This document shows positions 55,311-64,000 of a DNA stretch of 64,000 nt, piece by piece. Source of the DNA: Parcubacteria group bacterium M10-OD1-1. GTDB taxonomy: Bacteria > Patescibacteriota > Minisyncoccia > Moranbacterales > UBA2206. Position 1 is the stretch's first letter. Each line of letters starts with the position of its first letter. The DNA lies in the NCBI GenBank assembly GCA_003056145.1, contig LSNL01000003.1, positions 137,993 to 201,992 of the forward strand, written 5' to 3'. Made by a program: the position numbers and the translations under genes. The notes under the pieces are model-generated. The model was not told the origin of the DNA and searched no databases. It saw only the letters and a program-made list of their open reading frames with translations.

Positions 55311-57203
55311 ATGAGTGAAATAAATTTTTTTGCCAAAACTAACTTTAGGAATCAAGAACAAATTTTTGGTATCAAGAGAGACGATCGACGTCGTCATGCT
55401 TATATAATCGGAAAGACCGGAATGGGAAAGTCTAGTTTATTAGAAAATATGGCCATTCAAGATATTAAAAATGGTGAAGGTGTTTGTGTTGTAGATCCTC
55501 ATGGAGAATTTGCTGAAAAAATGGTGCGAGCTATCCCTGAAAATAGAATTAATGATGTTGTTTATTTTAATCCAGCTGATTTAGATTTTCCTATTGCTTT
55601 TAATATCTTAGAATCTGTTGATGAAGATAAAAAAAACTTAGTCGCTTCAGGAATGATGGGAGTTTTTAAAAAGATTTGGCCGGATGTTTGGAGTCCGAGA
55701 ATGGAATATATTTTGAATAATACTATCTTAGCTTTATTGGACTATCCTGGCTCAACGATGTTGGGTGTTAATAGGATGATGAGTGATAAAGATTTCAGAA
55801 AAAGAGTTTATCCAAAAATAAAAGATCCTGTGGTAAAATCATTTTGGATTAATGAATTTGACAAATGGGAGGATAGATTCAGAAAAGAAGCTGTAGCTGC
55901 TATCCAGAACAAGGTAGGACAGTTTCTTTCTTCCCCGGTTATTAGACATATTATTGGACAGCCGAAATCAACTATTGATATGCGAGAAATTATGGATAAC
56001 AAGAAGATATTAATAGTTAATCTTTCAAAAGGAAAAATCGGTGAAGATGCTATGCATCTTTTGGGAGGAATGGTAATTACAAAAATTCAATTAGCAGCCA
56101 TGGGGAGAGTTGATATCCCTGAAGAAAAACGAGATGATTTTTATCTATATGTAGATGAATTTCAAAACTTTGCTACCGAATCATTTGCTAACATCTTGAG
56201 TGAAGCCAGAAAATATAGATTGAATTTAATTTTGGCTCATCAGTATATAAATCAATTGATTTTTGACGGTAATGCAACAGTTAAAGATGCTATTTTTGGT
56301 AATATTGGAACCATAATTTCTTTCCGAGTAGGAGCTGATGATGCTGAATATTTAGAAAGGGAATTTGAACCAGTTTTTATAGCAAGTGATATTGTTAATT
56401 TATCTAAATACCAGGTTTATTTAAAATTAATGATTGATGGAATTGCTGGCGATGCTTTTTCAGCGGCAACTTTACCACCAATTGACGTAACTAGATTAGA
56501 GGGTAACACTCAAAAAGTTATAGAAGCTTCCAGAGGTAGATATGGTGGAGTTAGAAAAGAAATTGAAGAAAAGATTGCTCGTTGGAGTGGAATGTTTGAT
56601 TTCGATGAAATAGAAAAAATGAAGAAAAAAAATATTATAAATCAGAAATCCAGGTTAATTAACAAAAATAATTTATCAGAAAAAAAAGAAGATTTTAATA
56701 TTAACCAAACAAAAAAAAATCTTAATCAGACAGCAAAAAATGATTTAGTTACCTCAGAAACTAACAGTAAGCTTAAAAATAGACAATTATCAGAAAATCA
56801 ACAATTAACAGAGAATAGAGAATTGCACGATGCTGTGTGTGGTACTTGTGGAGGGGAAATAAAAGTTCCTTTTAGACCAGATCCTCAACGACCAACTTTT
56901 TGTCGGGAGTGCTTAAAAGATTATCAACGAGCTAAAGCTAGAGATGAAAATGAAAAAAGAGAAAAAGGAAGAGTTCAAGATAAAGATTATCAGAAAAATA
57001 GAAATGATTCATTGAAGAAAAAATATTCTCAAGCGGAAAGTTCTCGTCCAGTAGCTTTTATTTCACGAGAAAAACCAATAAGCTTAAATCAGGTTAGCCA
57101 TATAGGACCTAAGAAATTTGGATCTCGGAGAAACAAAGTAGGTGTTAATTTAAAAGAAGTCAAAAAATTGATGGATAAAGCTCAAAATAATAAAGATGAA
57201 TAA
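55311..57203 (+). CDS. HerA/VirD4(TrwB)-like ATPase with C-terminal CxxC-x17-CxxC zinc ribbon
   Basis: GKTGMGKS, DPHGE, LYVDEFQNF, EARKYRL, AHQY; CGTC...VPFRP...CREC. Confidence 0.88.
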   Translation: MSEINFFAKTNFRNQEQIFGIKRDDRRRHAYIIGKTGMGKSSLLENMAIQDIKNGEGVCVVDPHGEFAEKMVRAIPENRINDVVYFNPADLDFPIAFNILESVDEDKKNLVASGMMGVFKKIWPDVWSPRMEYILNNTILALLDYPGSTMLGVNRMMSDKDFRKRVYPKIKDPVVKSFWINEFDKWEDRFRKEAVAAIQNKVGQFLSSPVIRHIIGQPKSTIDMREIMDNKKILIVNLSKGKIGEDAMHLLGGMVITKIQLAAMGRVDIPEEKRDDFYLYVDEFQNFATESFANILSEARKYRLNLILAHQYINQLIFDGNATVKDAIFGNIGTIISFRVGADDAEYLEREFEPVFIASDIVNLSKYQVYLKLMIDGIAGDAFSAATLPPIDVTRLEGNTQKVIEASRGRYGGVRKEIEEKIARWSGMFDFDEIEKMKKKNIINQKSRLINKNNLSEKKEDFNINQTKKNLNQTAKNDLVTSETNSKLKNRQLSENQQLTENRELHDAVCGTCGGEIKVPFRPDPQRPTFCRECLKDYQRAKARDENEKREKGRVQDKDYQKNRNDSLKKKYSQAESSRPVAFISREKPISLNQVSHIGPKKFGSRRNKVGVNLKEVKKLMDKAQNNKDE

Positions 57204-57423
57204 ATTTAACTTAAATAGAAGTGTTCCGACACATTTAGCTTTCGTGATGATTTTAGTAGTAAGTTTTTTAGTTGCTGTTATTTGCTTAAAAACAGCTAAT
57301 AAAATAATTACTAACGCTAGAAAATCAACTGAGTTTAATGTTAATCAAAGGATGAAGCGACTTATGCTGAAGCATAATCAATTAAGAATGATAGAAAAAA
57401 ATGGTACACAAGAAAATGAATAA
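57196..57423 (+). CDS. Small single-TM hypothetical protein
   Basis: Hydrophobic helix; overlaps neighbours as in an operon. Confidence 0.55.
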   Translation: MNKFNLNRSVPTHLAFVMILVVSFLVAVICLKTANKIITNARKSTEFNVNQRMKRLMLKHNQLRMIEKNGTQENE

Positions 57424-58501
57424 AAAAAAAGTAGTAGTTGGTATGTCAGGGGGAGTTGATTCTTCGGTAGTTGCAGCTTTATTAAAGAAAAGAGGCTATG
57501 AAGTGCATGGTTTTTTTATGCGTTTTTGGAAAGATAATTTAATAGAGGGGATAGACCAAGCATTAGCGGACGCTCAAGAAGTAGCTAAAATTTTAGAGAT
57601 ACCGTTGCATGTTATAGATGCTAGAGAAATTTTTCAACAAAAAGTAGTAGGTTATTTTCTTCAAGAGTATAAAAATGGGCGGACGCCTAATCCGTGTATT
57701 TTTTGTAATGAAAATATTAAATTTAAAATTCTTTTTGATGAAATGATAAAAATTAAGGCTGATATGATGGCCACTGGACATTATGCTCAGATAAAAAGAG
57801 GTTTTTTTAATAGAAAATTAAAAGCACATTATAATCTGTTGGAAGCAAAAGATAAAAATAAAGATCAATCTTATTTTTTATATCGTTTAAAACAAAAGCA
57901 ATTAGCTAGAATAATTTTTCCTTTAGGAAAATATAAAAAAACAAAAGTCAGAAAAATAGCTAAAAGAATGGGTTTACCAGTTTTTCAAAAAGCTGAATCG
58001 CAAGATATTTGTTTTTTAGCCAATAGCTCGGTAGAAACTTTTTTACAAAAAAATTTAAAGATGCAAAGAGGAGCTATTATTAATCAGCAGAATAAAGTGA
58101 TTGGAACACATCAAGGGTTACCTCTCTATACCTTAGGTCAGAGAAAAGGGATTAATATTGGTGGAACGGGCCCTTATTATGTAAAAGCTAAAGATTATCT
58201 TAAAAATAGGTTGGTTGTAACTAATAATAAAAAAGAACTTCTATTGCAATCAGGAACTATAATTCTAGAAGCGATTAATTGGATAGTAATACTTACTGAT
58301 TTGCCAAAGAAACTCTTAGTTAGAACTAGATATCGAAATCCTTTAGTTCATGCTACTATTATTAAAAGAAAGGATGGTTTATATGAGTTAAAATTGATGG
58401 AAGTTCAAAAAATAGTAGCTCCAGGTCAATCAGTAGTTTTTTATAATCGAAGCAAGCAAGTTATAGGAGGAGGAATAATTAAGGATATTATCCAATACTA
58501 A
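57416..58501 (+). CDS. mnmA: tRNA-specific 2-thiouridylase
   Basis: GMSGGVDSS, TPNPCIFCN, ATGHYA, KDQSYFL, SQDICF, PGQSVVFY; start 57416 or 57401. Confidence 0.97.
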   Translation: MNKKKVVVGMSGGVDSSVVAALLKKRGYEVHGFFMRFWKDNLIEGIDQALADAQEVAKILEIPLHVIDAREIFQQKVVGYFLQEYKNGRTPNPCIFCNENIKFKILFDEMIKIKADMMATGHYAQIKRGFFNRKLKAHYNLLEAKDKNKDQSYFLYRLKQKQLARIIFPLGKYKKTKVRKIAKRMGLPVFQKAESQDICFLANSSVETFLQKNLKMQRGAIINQQNKVIGTHQGLPLYTLGQRKGINIGGTGPYYVKAKDYLKNRLVVTNNKKELLLQSGTIILEAINWIVILTDLPKKLLVRTRYRNPLVHATIIKRKDGLYELKLMEVQKIVAPGQSVVFYNRSKQVIGGGIIKDIIQY

Positions 58502-58552
58502 ATTTAGAAATAGAGATAGTTAAGAAAATTAATTAGCTTAAAAAAGAAAATT

Positions 58553-58834
58553 ATGTATGCTGATGACGAATTGGGACAATTAAGCGAAGAAGAGAAAAAA
58601 AGAAAATTTCGGGCCTTACAAATGCAGATAATTATGCTGGAATCAGATAATCGAAAAATAGTTAACGAGAAAAATTTATTAGAGGCAGAAATGAGAAAAT
58701 TAAAAACTGATCAAGAAAGAATAAAAATAGAATTAACCAATAGAAAGCAGAGATTTGATAAAATAGGTTTTCGGCTAACGCAAAATGAAGAGGAATTAAA
58801 AAAAATGAAGAAAAAATTAAATTTAGTCAGATAG
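58553..58834 (+). CDS. Coiled-coil hypothetical protein
   Basis: Heptad-rich charged sequence, operonic. Confidence 0.65.
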   Translation: MYADDELGQLSEEEKKRKFRALQMQIIMLESDNRKIVNEKNLLEAEMRKLKTDQERIKIELTNRKQRFDKIGFRLTQNEEELKKMKKKLNLVR

Positions 58835-58857
58835 TTAATAATTATTAAATTAAAAAT

Positions 58858-59079
58858 ATGATTTCAAATTTCAAAAGAATTGTTATGCCAATTGTTGAGG
58901 CTAAAAAAACAAAAGTTTTTAATCCAGAACAAAAAATTAGAGAGATTGAAAGAAAACTAGATAAAGGGTTAATTGACTCAGCTGGAGCTATGAAAGAACT
59001 CAGAGGAATGTTTAGTTATCATTTAGATAATAATGATTATAGAAAGATAGAAAAAGAAATAGCTTACAATATAAAATAA
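58858..59079 (+). CDS. Hypothetical protein
   Basis: Operonic ORF with host-like composition. Confidence 0.55.
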   Translation: MISNFKRIVMPIVEAKKTKVFNPEQKIREIERKLDKGLIDSAGAMKELRGMFSYHLDNNDYRKIEKEIAYNIK

Positions 59080-59097
59080 TTATTTTTTCTAATTTTT

Positions 59098-59838
59098 ATG
59101 AGAAGAAATGAATTGGGGCCAATAGAGCAGTTAGCGAAAAAAGAAAATTTTAACCAAGAAGAAAAAAAAGAAAGTCAGCAAAAACATCAGGAAACTATTT
59201 TTGAACATTTAGGAATGTATCAAAGTGCTTGGGAAACAGAATATATGCAGGTTTCTAGGCATCAAAAAGCAATTGGTTTTACTAAGCCAGAGCAAAGAAT
59301 AGCTCAAAAAGAAATATTAGAGCTAAGAGAAGTTTTAACTCAATTTTTTAAGGATAAAAATTTCTTAATCGGTGCAGATAATAATCTTAATCATATTTTT
59401 GGTAATGCTATCTGTGCTCGTAGTTTAATGATTAATTTTTCTAAAGGGAAATATTATGATAAAGAATTCCCTTTCGAGAAATTTAAGATTGTTAAAAGGG
59501 AGATTGAGGCTTTGAGAAATTATACAAAGTTTATATTAGAAAAAAAAGAGATTTTAGAGGCTGAATTATCTTCCAGTGTTGGTTATCTAGGAAAGTATTT
59601 AAATTTTTTTCGATGTGATTTACCTAAATCATCGGTGAGATATATCACTGTTTTAAATTTTTTTCTAGATTTAGAGAAAGGAATGATTAGAAGAGATGAT
59701 TTTGCGGAACGCTTAAAAAAAGTGCAAAATGACACTCAGGATTCTAGAGTCAAAGATATTTTAGATGAAAAAATAATAGAGAAAAATATTTTTTTATTTA
59801 ATCAAGAAGGAAAAGAATATTATAAATTAAATCAATAA
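59098..59838 (+). CDS. Hypothetical protein
   Basis: 246-aa ORF, no recognised motif. Confidence 0.7.
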   Translation: MRRNELGPIEQLAKKENFNQEEKKESQQKHQETIFEHLGMYQSAWETEYMQVSRHQKAIGFTKPEQRIAQKEILELREVLTQFFKDKNFLIGADNNLNHIFGNAICARSLMINFSKGKYYDKEFPFEKFKIVKREIEALRNYTKFILEKKEILEAELSSSVGYLGKYLNFFRCDLPKSSVRYITVLNFFLDLEKGMIRRDDFAERLKKVQNDTQDSRVKDILDEKIIEKNIFLFNQEGKEYYKLNQ

Positions 59839-59845
59839 AGTATTT

Positions 59846-61687
59846 ATGATTAAAATGACAGCTCAAGAATTACGTCAAAAATATTTAACTTTTTTTAAAA
59901 AGAAGGGGCATACAATTATTTCTTCAGCTTCTTTGGTACCGGAAAATGATCCGACAACACTTTTTACGACTGCTGGAATGCATCCATTAGTGCCGTATAT
60001 TATGGGTGAAAAGCATCCTGGTGGAAAACAAGTGGCAAATGTTCAAAAATGTGTTCGGACGACAGACATTAATGAAGTTGGAGATGCAACACATCACACT
60101 TTTTTTGAGATGATGGGAAATTGGTCTTTTGGTAGTTATTTTAAAAAAGAAGCAATTGAAATGAGTTTTGAGTTTTTGACTTCAAAAGAATTTTTAGGAT
60201 TAGACAAAAGTAGATTGGCAGTTTCGGTTTTTGCTGGAGATGAAGACGCTCCATTTGATAAAGAGTCTTTTGAAAAATGGAAAGAACTTGGAATATCGGA
60301 AAAAAGAATTGCACGGTTGCCCAAGGAAAATAATTGGTGGGGACTAGCGGGAAAAACTGGACCATGCGGACCTGACACAGAAATGTTTTATTGGGTAGGG
60401 GATGCTAATAAAGTTCCAGAGAGTTTTGCTGATGATAATGATTTATGGGTGGAAATTTGGAACGATGTTTTTATGCAATATGAAAAAACCAAAGATAAAA
60501 AGTTTATTCCACTTGCGCAACAGAATGTGGATACTGGAATGGGGCTAGAAAGAGTTTTGGCAGTGATAAACGGTTTAGATGATAATTATAAAACAGAATT
60601 ATTTTCTGATTTGATTTCTAAAATAGAAGATTTTTCTGATAAAAAATACGATAAATCTAAGGAAATTACTAGCAGTATGAGAATAATTGTTGATCATATT
60701 AAAGCAGCTGTAATGATAATGGGAGACAACAGAGGAATTGCTCCATCAAATACTGATCAGGGCTACATAGTCAGGCAATTAATTCGTAGATCAATTATCC
60801 GTGGTCATAAATTAAAAATTGACAAAGAAGAATGGGTGACTGAATTAGCAGAAAATATTATTGAAATTTATAGAAAAGTGTATAATGAGTTAGATAAAAA
60901 CAGAGATTTTATTTTAACTGAAATAAAAAAAGAAGAGGTTAAATTTACTAAAACAGCAAATAAGGGATTAAAGGTGTTTGAAAAAGCAATTTCTGCTAAT
61001 CGGAATGATTTAGATATGACTCAGAATAAAAATGATTATAATTGGGATAGTAAAAAGTTAACAGGGAAATTGATATTTGATTTAGTTACGACACATGGAT
61101 TTCCGAAGGAGCTCATAAAAGAAGAGGCTGAAAATAGAAAAATTATTATACCCAAGAATGAGTGGAATAAGTTTGATGAATTATTTAAGAAGCATCAAGA
61201 GCTTTCTCGAACGGCCAGTGCCGGAAAATTTAAAGGTGGCTTGGCTGATAATGGGGAGGAGACTGTGAGGCTACATACGGTGGCACATTTAATGTTAGCG
61301 GCTCTCAAAAAAGTTTTAGGCGGTGATGTTCATCAAAAAGGATCTAATATCACGGCTGAAAGATTGCGTTTTGATTTTTCTTACGGCGAGAAACTTACTG
61401 ATGAGCAAAAAAAGGAAGTAGAAAAATTAGTAAATGAAATCATTGAGAAAAAAGTTCCAGTTGAAATTGATGAAATGACACTTGATGAGGCAAAAGAAAA
61501 AGGAGCGGAAGGAGTTTTTGAAAACAAATATGGAGAAAAAGTAAAAGTGTATACTATTGGAGATTTTTCTAAAGAAATTTGTGGCGGACCACACGTGAAA
61601 AACACTGGGGAACTTGGGAAATTTAAAATTAAAAAAGAACAAAGCTCAGGCGCTGGAGTACGAAGAATAAAAGCAGTAGTAGAATAA
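59846..61687 (+). CDS. alaS: Alanine--tRNA ligase, compact form without C-Ala domain
   Basis: LFTTAGMHPL, HHTFFEMMGNWSFG, DTGMGLER, HTVAH, CGGPHV, GVRRIKA. Confidence 0.97.
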   Translation: MIKMTAQELRQKYLTFFKKKGHTIISSASLVPENDPTTLFTTAGMHPLVPYIMGEKHPGGKQVANVQKCVRTTDINEVGDATHHTFFEMMGNWSFGSYFKKEAIEMSFEFLTSKEFLGLDKSRLAVSVFAGDEDAPFDKESFEKWKELGISEKRIARLPKENNWWGLAGKTGPCGPDTEMFYWVGDANKVPESFADDNDLWVEIWNDVFMQYEKTKDKKFIPLAQQNVDTGMGLERVLAVINGLDDNYKTELFSDLISKIEDFSDKKYDKSKEITSSMRIIVDHIKAAVMIMGDNRGIAPSNTDQGYIVRQLIRRSIIRGHKLKIDKEEWVTELAENIIEIYRKVYNELDKNRDFILTEIKKEEVKFTKTANKGLKVFEKAISANRNDLDMTQNKNDYNWDSKKLTGKLIFDLVTTHGFPKELIKEEAENRKIIIPKNEWNKFDELFKKHQELSRTASAGKFKGGLADNGEETVRLHTVAHLMLAALKKVLGGDVHQKGSNITAERLRFDFSYGEKLTDEQKKEVEKLVNEIIEKKVPVEIDEMTLDEAKEKGAEGVFENKYGEKVKVYTIGDFSKEICGGPHVKNTGELGKFKIKKEQSSGAGVRRIKAVVE

Positions 61688-61737
61688 TATAATATAATTT
61701 ATGATAAGATTTTCACTGAGGTGAAAATAATAAAAAT

Positions 61738-62970
61738 ATGGAAAAAATAGTGACGGATGAAAAATTAATAGATGAATTATTGGAGCGGAGTGTAAAGGAA
61801 GTGCTTCCTTCTAAAAAAGAACTCAAAGAGAAAATGATGTCTGGTAGAAAATTAAAGATATATATTGGAACTGATCCTACCGGAACATCTTTGCATTTAG
61901 GACATGCTACTAATTATATGATTCTAGAGAAATTTAGACGTTTAGGACATGAGGTAATATTTTTAATTGGAGATTTTACGGCTAGAATTGGTGATCCAAC
62001 AGATAAATTTTCAGCGCGTAAACAACTTACTCGTCAGGATGTAAATAAAAATGTTAAAACTTGGTTGAAACAAATTGAACCAATAATTGATTTTAAATCA
62101 AAAATAAACCCTGTTAAAATTAAATATAATCATGATTGGCTTTCTAAATTGACATTTGAAGATGTTATTAGTTTAGCAGCTAATTTTACGGCTCAGCAGA
62201 TGCTAAAGAGAGATATGTTTGAAAAAAGAATGAAAGAAAAGAAACCCATATATTTACACGAATTTTTTTATCCGCTTATGCAAGGATACGATAGTGTGGC
62301 TATGAATGTAGATATTGAAATGTGTGGGAATGATCAGAAATTTAATGCTTTAATTGGACGTACGCTACTAAAGAAAATTAAGAATAAAGAAAAATTTGTA
62401 TTTATCACTACTCTATTGGAAAATCCCGTGACTAAAGAAAAAATGATGTCAAAGAGTTTAGGAACAGGTGTATTTTTAGATGAAAATAATCTTAATATGT
62501 TTGGACAAATTATGTCACAAGCAGATGAAAATATTCTTCAATTATTTACTGATTGTACATATGTTTCCTTAAGTGAAATTGAAGAAATAAAAAAACAATT
62601 GAAAGAAAATAAAGTTAATCCTCGTGATATCAAAATGAGGTTGGCTTTTGAAATTGTAAAAATCTATCATAAAGAAGAAGGGGCGAAAAAAGCTCAAGAT
62701 TATTTTATTAGAACTGTTCAACAAAAAGAAATACCAAATGATATTTTATCGGTTACTTTTAAAGAAGGAAAAAAACTAATAGAATTAATGGCTCAAGAAG
62801 ATTTAGCTCAAAGTAAGGGTGAAGCAAAAAGAAAGATTAAACAAGGTGGAGTTAAGATCAATGAGAAAATCATTAAAGATTTGAATAAAATTTTAACTAA
62901 GGACGATGCAGAGAAAATTATCAAAGTTGGAAAGAGAGAATTTAGAAAATTATTAATTCAATCAATCTAG
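61738..62970 (+). CDS. tyrS: Tyrosine--tRNA ligase
   Basis: GTDPT...HLGH, YPLMQGYDS, MMSKS, C-terminal S4 domain. Confidence 0.97.
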   Translation: MEKIVTDEKLIDELLERSVKEVLPSKKELKEKMMSGRKLKIYIGTDPTGTSLHLGHATNYMILEKFRRLGHEVIFLIGDFTARIGDPTDKFSARKQLTRQDVNKNVKTWLKQIEPIIDFKSKINPVKIKYNHDWLSKLTFEDVISLAANFTAQQMLKRDMFEKRMKEKKPIYLHEFFYPLMQGYDSVAMNVDIEMCGNDQKFNALIGRTLLKKIKNKEKFVFITTLLENPVTKEKMMSKSLGTGVFLDENNLNMFGQIMSQADENILQLFTDCTYVSLSEIEEIKKQLKENKVNPRDIKMRLAFEIVKIYHKEEGAKKAQDYFIRTVQQKEIPNDILSVTFKEGKKLIELMAQEDLAQSKGEAKRKIKQGGVKINEKIIKDLNKILTKDDAEKIIKVGKREFRKLLIQSI

Positions 62971-63190
62971 TTTTAAGATAAATACAGTTATAAAAATTTT
63001 GAAATAAGAGGGATAACTATTAAAAATAATTTTGTTCATTTTTAGTTTGTCAGAATGCCATATTTATTTTATAATCAAGAAGTAGTGATTAATTAATCTG
63101 GGTGATTAGTTACACAGAGAGATATGAATTATCAGTTTAACTAATTATTGATTAGCAAAAGAATCAGAAATAAAAATATAATTTTTTGTA

Positions 63191-64000
63191 ATGGGAATTT
63201 TTTCTAAAATTTTAGGTCTTAAACGGTCTTCTTCGGAGCATTATCTTTCTTTAGATATTGGGACAGAAGTAGTTAAAGTTCTTATTTTTAAAATAGACAA
63301 AGAATTGGGAATAGGAAGAGTAATGGGGGTGGGTAGAGTACGGCAAGGTTTTAAGGATATGCATAGTGGGGCAGTATCAGATATTTCTGGAGTAATTAAT
63401 AATTGTCAGGAAGCCATTGAAAAAGCTAAGGCGATGGCGAGAGTAAAAAAAGTGGATAAAGCTATTATTGGAATAGCTGGAGAATTAGTTAAAGGAACCA
63501 CTACGACTGTTCATTATGAAAGAATCAATTCATCTATTAGAATTGATATTCCTGAATTGAAAAATATCATTCAAAAGGTCCAATGGAAAGCTTTTGATAG
63601 AATTCGCCAACAACTAGCGTGGGAAACTGGACATAGTGAAATTGAAGTAAAACTTATTAATGCAGTTATTATTGATGTTCGGATAGATGGCTATAAAGTT
63701 TCTAATCCAGTCGGTTTTCAAGGCAAGGATGTTTCTATCTCTGTTTTTAACGCTTACGCTCCGATGATTCATTTAGGAGCTTTGCAAAAGATTGCTGATG
63801 AATTAAAATTAAATCTTCTTAATATTGCGGCTGAACCTTATGCTGTCGCTCGGTCTATGAGAGTAGAAGATGTAACTGATTTTAGCGCTATTTTTATTGA
63901 TATTGGAGGAGGAACTACTGATATTGCAGTAGTAAGAAATGGAGGTTTAGAAGGAACTAAAATGTTTGGTTTAGGAGGAAGAGCTTTTACCAAAAGATTA
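63191..64000 (+). CDS. ftsA: FtsA-like actin-fold ATPase, partial (runs off window)
   Basis: Manual translation MGIFSKILG...LSLDIGTEVVK...IDGYKVSNPVGFQG...AAEPYAVA...IDIGGGTTDIAV. Confidence 0.8.
   Translation, partial: MGIFSKILGLKRSSSEHYLSLDIGTEVVKVLIFKIDKELGIGRVMGVGRVRQGFKDMHSGAVSDISGVINNCQEAIEKAKAMARVKKVDKAIIGIAGELVKGTTTTVHYERINSSIRIDIPELKNIIQKVQWKAFDRIRQQLAWETGHSEIEVKLINAVIIDVRIDGYKVSNPVGFQGKDVSISVFNAYAPMIHLGALQKIADELKLNLLNIAAEPYAVARSMRVEDVTDFSAIFIDIGGGTTDIAVVRNGGLEGTKMFGLGGRAFTKRL

Noticed and set aside
55311-57203. Conjugative element/ICE
   Set aside because: No relaxase, mating-pair genes, integrase or att sites; flanked by core genes.
1444-61642. Many short ORF-track entries overlapping long genes (e.g. 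1444-1629, 3076-3273, 5253-5468, 13555-13824, 28212-28409, 49578-49844, 60136-60378, 61381-61605)
   Set aside because: Antisense or out-of-frame shadows of well-supported genes, with no motifs or start signals.
1-64000. CRISPR array, rRNA, IS elements, inteins, TGA recoding
   Set aside because: No spaced repeats, rRNA signatures, transposase motifs or intein termini seen; long genes translate intact under the standard bacterial code.

Overview
Low-GC chromosomal window from a small-genome bacterium. The gene families and gene order point to Patescibacteria/CPR, probably Parcubacteria (inference, not a database result). Standard genetic code fits. The content is mostly housekeeping: a FeoA/FeoB + DUF318 permease metal cluster; tRNA-Ala, -Ile and -Leu; secE-nusG-rplK-rplA; a dCMP-deaminase/ThyX/Tmk/MazG thymidylate cluster; gatB, miaA, miaB, thrS, HU, dnaE, rnhB, argS, ileS, yvcK-glmS, rlmN, dxs, elp3; an ABC pair; parAB, rel, topA, dprA; a CPR-type HerA/VirD4-like ATPase operon; mnmA, alaS, tyrS and a partial ftsA-like gene. 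No integrase, transposase, CRISPR array or rRNA was seen. Top observations: (1) elp3 sits head-to-head with a Trm9/ALKBH8-like methyltransferase, with mnmA in the same window, suggesting a eukaryote/archaea-type mcm5(s2)U34 pathway in a bacterium. (2) An exact 50-bp duplication of the elp3 3' end flanks a ~1-kb islet carrying a DGR-target-like orphan gene. (3) Two T-box leaders have ultrashort Stem I with the specifier codon in the apical loop. (4) IleRS carries two inserted enzyme domains. (5) A riboswitch-like attenuator precedes dnaE. (6) Orphan mini-genes have strong Shine-Dalgarno sites, whereas core genes mostly lack them.
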